In this document: piece by piece, positions 8,644 to 17,777 of the stretch
Numbering within the stretch: position 1 is the stretch's first letter
How the letters are laid out: each line of letters starts with the position of its first letter
Sequence record: KF147891.1
DNA length: 64,000 bases
Reading direction: 5' to 3' (one strand)
From: Pseudomonas phage PaBG
Notes under the pieces: generated by a model
Databases searched by the model: none
The model's input: only the letters and a program-made list of their open reading frames with translations
What the model was told of the DNA's origin: nothing
Program-made: the position numbers and the translations under genes

Positions 8644-9093
8644 TCACAGTTTCAATTGTTCGTTGCCGCGAATATGGTCGGGCGCTTTCAGCATCTGGTC
8701 ATACAGCAGACCAAGCAGATCGCCTGTGTATATCGGCGGCAGATCACGCAACAGGTCTATGGCGGCACTGCAATAAGCAATGCGCTCCCGTTCTCGATGC
8801 TTGGCCGCTGGCTTATAGCACTCGACATCATTGAAGGCATGGCCGGCAAGCGTCACGATAGCCGTGGCATGAAATGTGTGGCTGGTTGGGATGAACTTGC
8901 GCAGCTCTTCCTTGCTCGGCGTGTGGCAGATGCTCATGCCGTTGTGCCTACCGATGACAAGCGCGAAGTGGTCGGCGGTTGCCGCATCTTTGCCTACGCG
9001 GACCTGTGTCAGATAACGCCGCAGATCGTGTGCGCCGCGAGTGGAGTTGAAGTTGTCGAACGTCGAAAAGAACAAAACGGTAAGCAGGTTCAT
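8644..9093 (-). CDS. hypothetical protein (149 aa)
   Basis: ORF with start overlapping downstream gene; His-rich segments (HTPS...HTFHATAI), no firm assignment. Confidence 0.45.
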   Translation of the reverse strand: MNLLTVLFFSTFDNFNSTRGAHDLRRYLTQVRVGKDAATADHFALVIGRHNGMSICHTPSKEELRKFIPTSHTFHATAIVTLAGHAFNDVECYKPAAKHRERERIAYCSAAIDLLRDLPPIYTGDLLGLLYDQMLKAPDHIRGNEQLKL

Positions 9094-9392
9094 TGTTCGA
9101 TCCTCTCCAGCGCGTCGTTGACAAAACGGATGGCGCGCTCCTCGCCAAACGCTTCGATCAGACGCTCTTTGTCAAACGAGTCTGCGGGGACCTCTTCAAC
9201 GCCAACCTTGGCGGCCTTGGCATCTTCGGGAACGCGCATGATGGTGAACGTGTCCTGGACGAAGCTGCTGTTGACCTTTCGCAGCGCCGCAGTACAGGTA
9301 GCCGTCGCCAGTTCAGCTTGCGCCAGAGCCATTCGCTCATCGACGGAAGTAACGAATAGCTCCAGCTTGATCTTGTAGATGTTCGGACCCAT
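9090..9392 (-). CDS. hypothetical protein (~100 aa)
   Basis: ATG 9392 overlaps stop of upstream gene; alternative start 9464. Confidence 0.4.
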   Translation of the reverse strand: MGPNIYKIKLELFVTSVDERMALAQAELATATCTAALRKVNSSFVQDTFTIMRVPEDAKAAKVGVEEVPADSFDKERLIEAFGEERAIRFVNDALERIEQ

Positions 9393-10402
9393 TAGCGCAG
9401 CCTCATATCGTTGGTAAAGGTAAACTCGCTGTCGTTCAGGCAGCGAAACTCGATCAGTTTCCACAGCGGCTTGGCAATACTGGCAGAAGACTGCACCAGC
9501 TCATCGGGATTGGCGTATCCGGAAGGACCTGGGTCGAAACTTTCACCGAAAGTGCCGTCTTCGAGATTCAGCCAGACAAGTTTGCTGGGTTGGGCGTCGA
9601 AAGCTGCCAGCATTTCCCGTGCATCCTCGACGGCCTTGACGAACTCGGGCTTGAAGCCGATGCGCGAATCGTTCGGGTCGTTGCTCACGTCGGCAGGGAA
9701 CAGAGCCAGCACGGCGCGCAGAGCTTCGACCGGATTGGCGACCTTACGCGCCACTGCGTGCTTTGCCAGGTAGTTGCGATACTCAGCGAACGCCAGCTTT
9801 TCATCGGCATGGAAGCGTTCAGCTTCTTGGCTGAATAGCGGTAAGTCCAGCAGGGCGCACACCAGTTCGCTCCAACTGAGGCCACCACGGCGCGCCAGCA
9901 TATCGGCTGTCTGGTTGTGGTTCTTCTCAAGGCGCTTTTCAACCTTGAGAACGAGTTCGAACGGTACGGCCTGGTTGGTAGTCAGCGCCGACTGGATCGG
10001 AAAAGTGCGGCGAACAGGCTCGGCTGGTTGCTTCTGCTCTCCGTTCTGCCATGCTTCGATCTGCGCCTTGAGCTGTTCTTTCTTGACTGCACACTCCTCG
10101 CGTAGTTTGGCGGCAGGCCGCTCCACACGCCCGGTGAGTTCAAAGCAGTCCACGTCCTCGTATTCGGAGTAGAGTTCGTACCACAGCGACAAACGACGTA
10201 CGGTCAGTATCACTGTACGGTCTTGGGCCGTCAGGGAGTCTAGCGTTTGCTTCAACTCAGGCGCACAGCGACGCATGGACTCTACCAGAGTGTGGCGATT
10301 TTCATTCACCACGGACAGCAACCAATCAGGCACTGGACGGTTCAGTCGGGTCAGCACTTCGTTGAGTAAATGGGCGGCGACACTATACGGCGGCATTCTC
10401 AT
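9392..10402 (-). CDS. hypothetical protein (336 aa)
   Basis: AGGAAG RBS 8 nt before ATG 10402; helical, no motif. Confidence 0.5.
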   Translation of the reverse strand: MRMPPYSVAAHLLNEVLTRLNRPVPDWLLSVVNENRHTLVESMRRCAPELKQTLDSLTAQDRTVILTVRRLSLWYELYSEYEDVDCFELTGRVERPAAKLREECAVKKEQLKAQIEAWQNGEQKQPAEPVRRTFPIQSALTTNQAVPFELVLKVEKRLEKNHNQTADMLARRGGLSWSELVCALLDLPLFSQEAERFHADEKLAFAEYRNYLAKHAVARKVANPVEALRAVLALFPADVSNDPNDSRIGFKPEFVKAVEDAREMLAAFDAQPSKLVWLNLEDGTFGESFDPGPSGYANPDELVQSSASIAKPLWKLIEFRCLNDSEFTFTNDMRLR

Positions 10403-10465
10403 TGATCACTTCCTCGATGTTAGTGGTTTCCGATGGGCACTGTCGCCAATGCCCAAACGAAACGA

Positions 10466-10741
10466 CTAGCGCGCGGCAGAACGGCAGTAGCTGTCCGCGA
10501 TTTCATCGGCGGCAGCGTTTACTTTGTTGTTCTTGGCGTACCAGGCAGCTAGCTCCGGATCAGCTTTGAACACTTCGGCACGCTTGGTGTTACGCATCTG
10601 GTTGAGTGCGTCGAGCAGTTCCTTCTCTGCACGCTCACCGGAGGCGCGCTCGCCTGCGACGATTTCTTTGGCATACGCCGGCACCGACTTGCCCAGGCGA
10701 GTTTTCAGGTTGATCAGGTGTTGTGCGGCTTCTTTACTCAT
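10466..10741 (-). CDS. hypothetical small protein (91 aa)
   Basis: ORF in operon context, overlaps neighbour. Confidence 0.4.
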   Translation of the reverse strand: MSKEAAQHLINLKTRLGKSVPAYAKEIVAGERASGERAEKELLDALNQMRNTKRAEVFKADPELAAWYAKNNKVNAAADEIADSYCRSAAR

Positions 10742-11087
10742 GGGTGCGTCCCTCTACGCGGTTGGTTGCTTCGACGAAGGCCTCTTTCAGGCCGCAGCCG
10801 GTTGTTGCTCTGTACCACTTAATCCAATCGACATTTGGTCGACCGTTTGCTGCACGCAGCGCAGGCTCAGGTCCTGCGTTCTCGGCCTCTTCCCGACGAC
10901 GAGCAGCCTCACGTTCACGGTGAAGTTTAAAGTTAGCGCTCGCCGCCTCGTGGTGGAAGTCAATGCACAGCTTCGCCACTTCGACGGAGGGTACTTCCGC
11001 CACAGGAGTATTCTCCAAATAGACGCGCAGTTGGTCCTCTGCTTTGATGTTGAAGCCTCGGTAGTGCACCAGGGTGTACTCAGTCAA
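10734..11087 (-). CDS. hypothetical protein (117 aa)
   Basis: ORF with start-stop overlap to neighbours. Confidence 0.4.
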   Translation of the reverse strand: MTEYTLVHYRGFNIKAEDQLRVYLENTPVAEVPSVEVAKLCIDFHHEAASANFKLHREREAARRREEAENAGPEPALRAANGRPNVDWIKWYRATTGCGLKEAFVEATNRVEGRTHE

Positions 11088-11308
11088 CTTTTGCCTCCGA
11101 GCAATTGTGCCAGCATTTGCATTGGGTGCTGTTTGTCCCAGCCGACCTTGTTGCGAATCTCCATGGACTCGACAAGGTCTATGGCTTGTACGTGATCGGC
11201 GAGTTGCATTCGGTAGACGCTTTCGCTTTCACCTTCTACTGGCTCGCGGAACTTGTGGCGACGCGCAGCACCCACAAGGCTATCCATGTCAGGGAAGTCG
11301 CGAGGCAT
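11084..11308 (-). CDS. hypothetical small protein (74 aa)
   Basis: ORF with ATGA-type overlaps at both ends. Confidence 0.4.
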   Translation of the reverse strand: MPRDFPDMDSLVGAARRHKFREPVEGESESVYRMQLADHVQAIDLVESMEIRNKVGWDKQHPMQMLAQLLGGKS

Positions 11309-11850
11309 CAGTCGTCGTCCTCGCGGTAGCCGTCGGCAATCTTCTCGGCCAGCTCCGGATAGAGTTTGAAGATTTCGTCCTTGCGCGCGTTGAGCTCCTT
11401 GATTTCGCGGCTCAGACGCTTGCTGACCTTCATATCGCCGTAGCGACCTGCCAACTTCTCGCTGACCTTCTGGTCCTGCAGAAGCTCAGCCAGCTTCTGG
11501 TTGATGTCTTGCAGTTCAGTCACCGCCACGGCTTCGTCAACCAAACCAGCATAATGGACGAGCTGCTGCCAGTCGTAGCCCAGTTTCTTGAGCATGCCGC
11601 GGAAGCTGACTCGCGGATCGGTGCTTGGTCCGTCTGCGTGAGCCTTGCGCGGCTTTCTCGGCAGTTGGCGCAGCTCCAAGAACGGAGCGACCAGAAGGCG
11701 CAGTTGATCCGCGGTCAGAGGCGAAACGTGCGGCTGGAGCAGCTTCTCCATGGCATCCAGCACTTCGCCCATGTCCTCGCTGTTCATATACGGGTGCAGC
11801 AGATCGGCAAACTCGCTGCGCAGAATCAAAATGGTTTTCTGCGTGGTCAT
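11308..11850 (-). CDS. hypothetical protein (180 aa)
   Basis: ORF, helical, acidic C-terminus. Confidence 0.45.
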   Translation of the reverse strand: MTTQKTILILRSEFADLLHPYMNSEDMGEVLDAMEKLLQPHVSPLTADQLRLLVAPFLELRQLPRKPRKAHADGPSTDPRVSFRGMLKKLGYDWQQLVHYAGLVDEAVAVTELQDINQKLAELLQDQKVSEKLAGRYGDMKVSKRLSREIKELNARKDEIFKLYPELAEKIADGYREDDD

Positions 11851-12713
11851 TGCGCATTCTCCTTGTTATAGCTCGGCAGACTGGCCAGGTCTTCGCCGGT
11901 GATGAATTGGTAGAACTCGCGGCTGGGCAACACACCTGCTTTCAGGTAAGTGGAATAGCCAGCAGGCCAGCGCCAGTCGCGGAAGAAGAACTCAGTTGAG
12001 CCGTTAGCTTCGCCAGTCCAACGATGTTGACTCCAGCCGCGGTAACGATTCACCAGCGCCAGATGTTCAACTTCGGCGAGACGCAGCAGAAACTTACCCT
12101 TGGCAACCTTATCGTAGCCGCGCGCTGTGGTGACTACAGGGAACGGCAGCGTGTCGTCCCGAGTGAAGTTTACGTTCTGGCGCCAGAAGCCAGCGCGCTT
12201 GCCTTCCCAGTTGAGCAAGCGGCCATTGTCGTTGATAACGTCCATGGCCTGCTTACCTTTAGGTGCCTTACCCTTCTTGAAGAAGAACGCGGGCTTCACC
12301 TTGGTCTGGAGTTCTTTCGGACGCGGGTCCTTGGACGGACGCGCTTTGATTTCGGCGTTCAGGGCTTTAACGTCCTGCTGCGGCTTGATCAGCAGTTGAA
12401 GCACCTTATACTCGTCCAAGCGCAAGCCGCCGCGCTGCAAACATTTGACACCCCACGCATCGGTGAGGACCACGTCGTTGACTTCACCCAACACCTCGCA
12501 CTCGCAGAGTGTCGTCTTGCCCTTCACCTCGGTTTCCCACAGCGCCGTCAACGGGTCCATTTCTCCAGTTGGGGAATACACGGCGTGTGTGCAGCCCTTC
12601 GGGAGTTTCGGGATTTTGCCACGCAGCGCACCGTGCAGCATACGCATCAGCGCAGGCATGTTGATGATGTGGAATTTCGGCTCTTGGACTTTCTTGGCAG
12701 TCTTGACGCCCAT
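11847..12713 (-). CDS. lysine-rich basic protein (~288 aa)
   Basis: ATG 12713 with GAGG RBS; very K-rich (KGKAPKGK, KVKPAFFFKKGK) suggesting nucleic-acid binding; preceded by perfect 12-bp hairpin. Confidence 0.45.
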   Translation of the reverse strand: MGVKTAKKVQEPKFHIINMPALMRMLHGALRGKIPKLPKGCTHAVYSPTGEMDPLTALWETEVKGKTTLCECEVLGEVNDVVLTDAWGVKCLQRGGLRLDEYKVLQLLIKPQQDVKALNAEIKARPSKDPRPKELQTKVKPAFFFKKGKAPKGKQAMDVINDNGRLLNWEGKRAGFWRQNVNFTRDDTLPFPVVTTARGYDKVAKGKFLLRLAEVEHLALVNRYRGWSQHRWTGEANGSTEFFFRDWRWPAGYSTYLKAGVLPSREFYQFITGEDLASLPSYNKENAQ

Positions 12714-12749
12714 GTTCGTTAACCTCATCTATGATTGTCACCATTGAGC

Positions 12750-12783
12750 AAACTGGTAGTGGTTGCTCTCGCACTACCAGTTT
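12750..12783 (-). promoter_or_regulatory. perfect 12-bp stem hairpin in 5' region of gene 11847-12713
   Basis: AAACTGGTAGTG-N10-CACTACCAGTTT, no U-tract; contains AGTGGTTGC; second AGTGGTTAT at 12815-12823. Confidence 0.4.
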
Positions 12784-12832
12784 AACACAACCGCGATTCG
12801 ACGTATACCCAGTTAGTGGTTATATCCGTAGC

Positions 12833-13288
12833 TTAGGTATTCGCCCTACGGATGATCAGGCTGCCACGTTCGCGGATCGTACGGTAGCAGGCACGTTGTA
12901 TCGTGGCGTGCAGACGGCCGAGGCTAAATTCGGCGTTGCACTCGATGCTGGCGCAGATGTCCTCGCCCAGGAGTTTGTCACCGAGCATGGTGCGCAACTC
13001 GAAACTCAGGCGACGGTTGACGTTACTGGACGACTCGATTACCACGGAGTACAGCTCCAGAACTTCGCGCAGTTTGAACTCGACAACCAGGTTCTCGCCG
13101 CCGGCGGTATCATCCGCGAACTGGTGCAGCTCGGGAATCAGATCACGCAGATGGCTGGAACTGAACATCGGCACCACGTACGGGCGCAGCGCGTGTGCGA
13201 GCTTGGACAGGTTACTCGCCTCCATCGCAGCGACAGAGTGCGGGCGCTTGTCGTGCAGGCCCTTGAAGCAAAATTCGATCTGGCTCAT
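12833..13288 (-). CDS. hypothetical protein, tandem paralogue A (151 aa)
   Basis: AGGAGA RBS; shares KPYV and C-terminal SLIIR motifs with adjacent gene 13297-13764. Confidence 0.5.
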   Translation of the reverse strand: MSQIEFCFKGLHDKRPHSVAAMEASNLSKLAHALRPYVVPMFSSSHLRDLIPELHQFADDTAGGENLVVEFKLREVLELYSVVIESSSNVNRRLSFELRTMLGDKLLGEDICASIECNAEFSLGRLHATIQRACYRTIRERGSLIIRRANT

Positions 13289-13296
13289 GTTCTCTC

Positions 13297-13764
13297 CTAG
13301 ACGACCATTCTGAGGTCGGGTGTGCGATATTCGCGGATGATCAACGACTTGCCGCCTTCAAGGAAGTGGTGTAGGCTACGCAACACCATACCCAAAACCA
13401 GCAGTTCTTCGTACTCGGCACTTTCGACAAAATCAACCACGCTGTTCTTGTCGATGGCCTTGGTTTTCAGAAGTTGGCTTGCATCGTAGGCAAGCGTATC
13501 GCACAGATCATGCAGCGCCATCTGTACGGCGTAGAACAAGGAGAGCACACCGCGGCGACCCAGCTGGACGCACTCGACCGGGCGTCCAGTGTACTCGTTG
13601 ATGCGGCAAACCGCTTCGAGCTTGCGACGAATGCCGGAGTACGGCAGCTTCTTCACGTACGGCTTAATCGCTGTAGCCAGCAGTTCGAGGTCGGCAGGGT
13701 AGAACGTGTTTACGTCAACCAAGCCGTTTTTGGACTTGGCAGAAAACTTCACCGTGTGCGACAT
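13297..13764 (-). CDS. hypothetical protein, tandem paralogue B (155 aa)
   Basis: GGAGG RBS; paralogous to 12833-13288. Confidence 0.5.
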   Translation of the reverse strand: MSHTVKFSAKSKNGLVDVNTFYPADLELLATAIKPYVKKLPYSGIRRKLEAVCRINEYTGRPVECVQLGRRGVLSLFYAVQMALHDLCDTLAYDASQLLKTKAIDKNSVVDFVESAEYEELLVLGMVLRSLHHFLEGGKSLIIREYRTPDLRMVV

Positions 13765-14079
13765 TCAGTCCTCCAGGCTCACATGAACGGTGACTAGGAA
13801 ATACACGCCCGACGTAGGTACAGGTTGTGTCGGGTCTTCTGCCATGAGTTCGATTACTGGATGGTAGCGAACGAGCTGAGCTCCGATACGCTTCTCCTCC
13901 TCATCGATCTGGCGACTGATCTTCATGTACGCCTCGGCCAACCCTTCGTTTACTTCACACGGGATGCCGAGCAGCTTTGGCACGCCGCCATCCATGACAA
14001 CACCCCATTCGATGTTTGGGGTATACGCTGCTGCGTGAAATTCTGTTTTGTAGTGGGGTTGTTCGTATTCCATGTTCAC
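13765..14079 (-). CDS. hypothetical protein (104 aa)
   Basis: AGGAG RBS before ATG 14079. Confidence 0.5.
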   Translation of the reverse strand: MNMEYEQPHYKTEFHAAAYTPNIEWGVVMDGGVPKLLGIPCEVNEGLAEAYMKISRQIDEEEKRIGAQLVRYHPVIELMAEDPTQPVPTSGVYFLVTVHVSLED

Positions 14080-14100
14080 TCCTTACATACTGCGCGTGTT

Positions 14101-14496
14101 TTATACAACACCCAATTCTTTGAGGCGTTCTTCTACCAGCTCACTGGCGATGGCTTCGATACGTTCGCGGCGCTTGGTCTTCTTGATCTTCTTCAACGCC
14201 TTCACGCGGCGCTTCATCAGGCGGTCATGCGCCATCATACCGATGACCCAACCCACACCGGAACCTACGGCAGTGAAAGCGATAACGGCAGGCTCGCCGG
14301 TACGCGCCAGCATCAGCATAACCAGACCTTCAAACGCCGTCATCATGGCGCCACAGAAGAACGCCAGCTTCTTGTGCCCGCCCGCCACGTTCTTGTTCTG
14401 GAAGCCACGCAGAAACGTGGTTGCAAACATTGCAGCGAACGCCAAACCGAAGACAGCCAGCTTGTCGAAAGGTATCAGTGCGGGTAGGGTTTCCAT
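14101..14496 (-). CDS. small integral membrane protein (131 aa, 3-4 TM) with basic tail
   Basis: Hydrophobic segments LAVFGLAFAAMFATTFL, FFCGAMMTAFEGLVMLMLA, VIAFTAVGSGVGWVIGMM; C-terminal KKIKKTKRRER. Confidence 0.45.
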   Translation of the reverse strand: METLPALIPFDKLAVFGLAFAAMFATTFLRGFQNKNVAGGHKKLAFFCGAMMTAFEGLVMLMLARTGEPAVIAFTAVGSGVGWVIGMMAHDRLMKRRVKALKKIKKTKRRERIEAIASELVEERLKELGVV

Positions 14497-14506
14497 GTTC
14501 GTATAC

Positions 14507-14851
14507 CTAGAGTTTGCGATAGACCTTGTAGGTGTCCTTGTACACGCCTGTGTACTCGGCCAGTACAGTTCGTCTGGCGATCAGCAGTGCCAGTACCTGC
14601 CCGTAGTTGCGACGCTGCTTCGGGTCGCGCTTGTGTACAGAGTCCATCGTATCGAGTACGGTGAACGTGGCACCAGACGCTATGCCCTTCATGTTGCCGA
14701 GGATGATTTCCTTATGGCTGGGTAGCGACTTGTCGTACTCCGCCTGAAAGTGGGCGTAGAGGACGTTTGACACGAAGACATCGGGCGTTATCTCGTCTTT
14801 GGCCGCAGCGCCTTCGACCTGTCGCATCAAATGCGGATGGAGCTTGATCAT
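14507..14851 (-). CDS. hypothetical protein (~114 aa)
   Basis: ATG 14851 with AGGAG RBS; ORF-track start 14881 is upstream. Confidence 0.45.
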   Translation of the reverse strand: MIKLHPHLMRQVEGAAAKDEITPDVFVSNVLYAHFQAEYDKSLPSHKEIILGNMKGIASGATFTVLDTMDSVHKRDPKQRRNYGQVLALLIARRTVLAEYTGVYKDTYKVYRKL

Positions 14852-15114
14852 TCTTTCGGCTCCTGCTTTTCGGCACGCCACGATTCGCGTATTGCCAACG
14901 CCTTGTGCAGCTCATACGCAGGCTTCAACGCGAAGTAGCCGAGAATTGCGAAGAAGACGACGATGCCGAGATAGACCCAATCACCGTTGTGGACAATCTC
15001 CAAGATGGCTCGCGCCAACATCAGCGCAATGGCCAGACCAGCAATTGGCCAGACCAGATGGAACACACCGGCCGGGTGCTTCTTCCAGTTGAAGACTTGA
15101 TCGAAGAATTTCAT
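14848..15114 (-). CDS. small membrane protein (~88 aa, 2 TM)
   Basis: ATG 15114 with strong AGGAGG RBS; two hydrophobic helices. Confidence 0.5.
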   Translation of the reverse strand: MKFFDQVFNWKKHPAGVFHLVWPIAGLAIALMLARAILEIVHNGDWVYLGIVVFFAILGYFALKPAYELHKALAIRESWRAEKQEPKE

Positions 15115-15407
15115 TTCCCCTCCTTCGCTTGGCGTTCTTGGTACCATTCTGGTTTGGCAAAGCGGTCGGAGAACGAGTAGCTGTCCTCAGGATCGCCGCC
15201 CATGTCGATGTTGAGAGCATCCGGCCACAGCTTGAGGAGTTGCTCCTTGCTTTCGACGTAAGCGATCAGGATGGAACCCTCGGCGCTGTAACCACTGCAC
15301 CAGTACGGGTGATCGATCGGCCAGGTGACCGGACGATAGTCATCTTCCGGCACCGTGAAGCGGGCGCGATATACAGGCTTGCCGTTGTACGTCTTTTCGG
15401 TGTGCAT
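15111..15407 (-). CDS. hypothetical protein (98 aa)
   Basis: GGAG RBS. Confidence 0.45.
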   Translation of the reverse strand: MHTEKTYNGKPVYRARFTVPEDDYRPVTWPIDHPYWCSGYSAEGSILIAYVESKEQLLKLWPDALNIDMGGDPEDSYSFSDRFAKPEWYQERQAKEGK

Positions 15408-15427
15408 TCAAATTCTCCACGCGCCCG

Positions 15428-15730
15428 TTAGAAAGGCGCTGCCTCGGGTGAGGTCATTAGTTTCATCAGGCTCGGACTCGACTTAGCCAGCGTGCTCATT
15501 TCGATGTCCCACTTGCCGCCCTTTTTGATGCGCATGATGCCCAACTGAAAGCCCAGCTCATCAGCATGGAACTCCACGAAGTCGCCTTCGTTTGCGTAGT
15601 TCATTGCGAGCTGCACCATGCGCGGTAGAGCTGTATCGAAGTACGCGAACCGTCGCGTCAGGATCAGGTCCTTGGACAAGCCGCGATACATTGTGGCGAC
15701 TACGCGCCTTCTGTGTTTTACTTCCATCAA
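15428..15730 (-). CDS. hypothetical protein (100 aa)
   Basis: ORF overlapping stop of upstream gene. Confidence 0.4.
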   Translation of the reverse strand: MMEVKHRRRVVATMYRGLSKDLILTRRFAYFDTALPRMVQLAMNYANEGDFVEFHADELGFQLGIMRIKKGGKWDIEMSTLAKSSPSLMKLMTSPEAAPF

Positions 15731-16017
15731 GGGTTCTCCACTTTCCAGCGCAAGAAGTGTTCTGGGCGATGATACATTGTGTTGCCACCGCCCGTAGATC
15801 GGATCAGGATTCCTGCGGCCTTGCCGTCATCCACGAAGAACACAGAGTCTGTGTCGGGCTTGGTCAGACGGACAGGACGACGCACAAACACCAACTGATA
15901 CTCTGCCGTGGGTCCCATCTGCTTTTTCATGGAGCGTGCCATGACTTGCACACCAACCAGATACAGAAGAACGGGAGAAACAACGGCACCAGCCACGAAG
16001 CCAATGAGGAGGCTCAT
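15727..16017 (-). CDS. small membrane protein (~97 aa)
   Basis: ATG 16017 overlapping Nudix stop; N-terminal TM MSLLIGFVAGAVVSPVLLYLVGV. Confidence 0.4.
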   Translation of the reverse strand: MSLLIGFVAGAVVSPVLLYLVGVQVMARSMKKQMGPTAEYQLVFVRRPVRLTKPDTDSVFFVDDGKAAGILIRSTGGGNTMYHRPEHFLRWKVENP

Positions 16018-16460
16018 TAGTCCATCAACTCCCGTGCTTTGCGAGCCTCGTGCTCGAAGTTGGCCTCGATGGCGTCCAGCACGTCGTAGATGTACGGGGC
16101 CAGATACTGGTCGACCTTGTCCATGGCTTTCTCGGCCTTGAACCACTTGCGCTCACGCTTTTCCATTTCCGGCCAGTCGTCAGCGTCTTTGACGTACTGC
16201 ATGGCGTACATGGTGACTTCTTGCATCTGGCCATTCTTGACGTAACGGTAGCTGCCGAGCTTCTGGCCAACATCGCCGAGGACGCCGGCCTCTTCGTAGA
16301 CTTCTTTCGCCGCGCTGGCGCGCTCAGTCAGATTGATTTCGACACCGCCCTTGGGGAACACCCATTCTTTGCCGTTGCTGGAAGTGACCAGCAGAATTTC
16401 AATCTTGTTGGAGTCAGTGATACGGAAAACCACACAGCCGGAAGATTTACGAGTACGCAT
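16017..16460 (-). CDS. Nudix hydrolase (147 aa)
   Basis: Nudix box PKGGVEINLTERASAAKEVYEEAGV (GX5EX7REUXEEXGU); GGAG RBS. Confidence 0.8.
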   Translation of the reverse strand: MRTRKSSGCVVFRITDSNKIEILLVTSSNGKEWVFPKGGVEINLTERASAAKEVYEEAGVLGDVGQKLGSYRYVKNGQMQEVTMYAMQYVKDADDWPEMEKRERKWFKAEKAMDKVDQYLAPYIYDVLDAIEANFEHEARKARELMD

Positions 16461-16474
16461 GTTTGAAACTCCAA

Positions 16475-17008
16475 TTAGTTGTCGTAGTCTTCGATGTCAT
16501 CACGATCATCGATTGGGCGAACGAGTTTGATGGTGATTGGTTGGGTGTTTTCGTCGATTTCCAACACATTGCCCACTAGGCGAGGGAACCCACGGTTGGT
16601 CTCGGTATCGACTTTACCGTTTGCGATCTGCCAGGCGCGGTAGCGGGCTTGGAGTGCGTTGAACTCAGCCTCTTCCTCGGGAGACTCAAAGATAGGACCT
16701 CCGAACTCCCAGGCTTCCGTGTCATCGAACGGGTCGCCATTCTCCTCGTCCTCTTCCGAGAAGAGGTAGTCAATTGGGTCTCCGTCCTCCTCTTTGTCTT
16801 CTTCGTCCGTGGCAAACTCATTTTCGTAGGCACGCACCGAATGCAGCTCGTTGATGTAAGCGTGGTAGTATGCCTCAGCCCGAGCTTTCTCGTTCTCGAT
16901 GCGCTTACCTTGGTAGTGGATTGCAAACTGCTGGGCTACCGCCATAACGCAGAGCGTAGGAATCAGGAAGTAGCCAGAGTTCTCAAACAGTGCGATCAGA
17001 AATTCCAT
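16475..17008 (-). CDS. highly acidic protein with N-terminal hydrophobic segment (177 aa)
   Basis: Runs of D/E (DEEDKEEDGDPIDYLFSEEDEENGDPFDD); AGGAAA RBS. Confidence 0.5.
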   Translation of the reverse strand: MEFLIALFENSGYFLIPTLCVMAVAQQFAIHYQGKRIENEKARAEAYYHAYINELHSVRAYENEFATDEEDKEEDGDPIDYLFSEEDEENGDPFDDTEAWEFGGPIFESPEEEAEFNALQARYRAWQIANGKVDTETNRGFPRLVGNVLEIDENTQPITIKLVRPIDDRDDIEDYDN

Positions 17009-17017
17009 GTCGTTTCC

Positions 17018-17518
17018 TTATTCGGGCATAACCACGAGTTTGTTTGGTGCAGACATACGCAGGCGCGCAACCGGTACGACTAGGCCATTGTCGAGACGCA
17101 CAGAGCGCTCACCACTTCGGCGGACAACACCCACCACAGTGTGTTTCGAGTAGCGCGACGTGTACACATTGCATTTCATCAGGGTGCTTTTCGTCAGCTT
17201 GCCTTCGATGACTGTTTCGATAGCCTTGTGGACATCTTCGTTGCGCTTACGGCGATCAGTCTTGGACTCGCGCTTGACGGTTTGGCTGCGATCCTTTTTC
17301 TCGCGCTCCTTCTCGACCACTTTGGTGACGACCTTGGCCTCGACCGTCTTGGTGCCTGCCAGTTCTTTGCGGCGGTCGCTGCGCCATTTGAGCAGCTCCT
17401 TGGCGGACACGTCCTCGTCTTCAAACTCCGACAGGTCGAGGTCAGTGTTACGACGAACCCGGTAAAGGAGATTCGTTGCAGCAACCAGCATACGTTCCAG
17501 CTCTTTAACCTTGCTCAT
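17018..17518 (-). CDS. K/R/E-rich basic protein (166 aa)
   Basis: Charged low-complexity centre (KEREKKDRSQTVKRESKTDRRKRNEDVHK). Confidence 0.45.
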   Translation of the reverse strand: MSKVKELERMLVAATNLLYRVRRNTDLDLSEFEDEDVSAKELLKWRSDRRKELAGTKTVEAKVVTKVVEKEREKKDRSQTVKRESKTDRRKRNEDVHKAIETVIEGKLTKSTLMKCNVYTSRYSKHTVVGVVRRSGERSVRLDNGLVVPVARLRMSAPNKLVVMPE

Positions 17519-17777
17519 GATCGTTCCTCGCTAGTTTGTCCAGCTCAATGTGGGCACGTTGAGCGATTTCCCGATGTTCGGCAGCCCACTTGGCCAAGTC
17601 ATCGGACGGTCCTAATTCTTTAGCCACAGCCTCAAACGAATCAGCCAGGCGACTGTGGTAGGATGCAGTTTCGATCAACCTGCGTTTACGCCACTGTTGG
17701 AAAAGTTTGCGCAGGTTCACGATTGCACCGTGGTCGTCCAGACCTTGTGTCCGGTAGTGCTGTCGTATACATCCCAC
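17505..17777 (-). CDS. hypothetical small protein
   Basis: ORF only; start uncertain (possible GTG near 17720). Confidence 0.25.
   Translation of the reverse strand: MGCIRQHYRTQGLDDHGAIVNLRKLFQQWRKRRLIETASYHSRLADSFEAVAKELGPSDDLAKWAAEHREIAQRAHIELDKLARNDHEQG

Noticed and set aside
8641-8650. Recurring ttcacagttt string near gene ends (5763, 8648, 36584)
   Set aside because: In each case it is simply the codons for ...K-L/ T-V-K plus a TGA stop on the coding strand (AAACTGTGA), not an independent regulatory motif.
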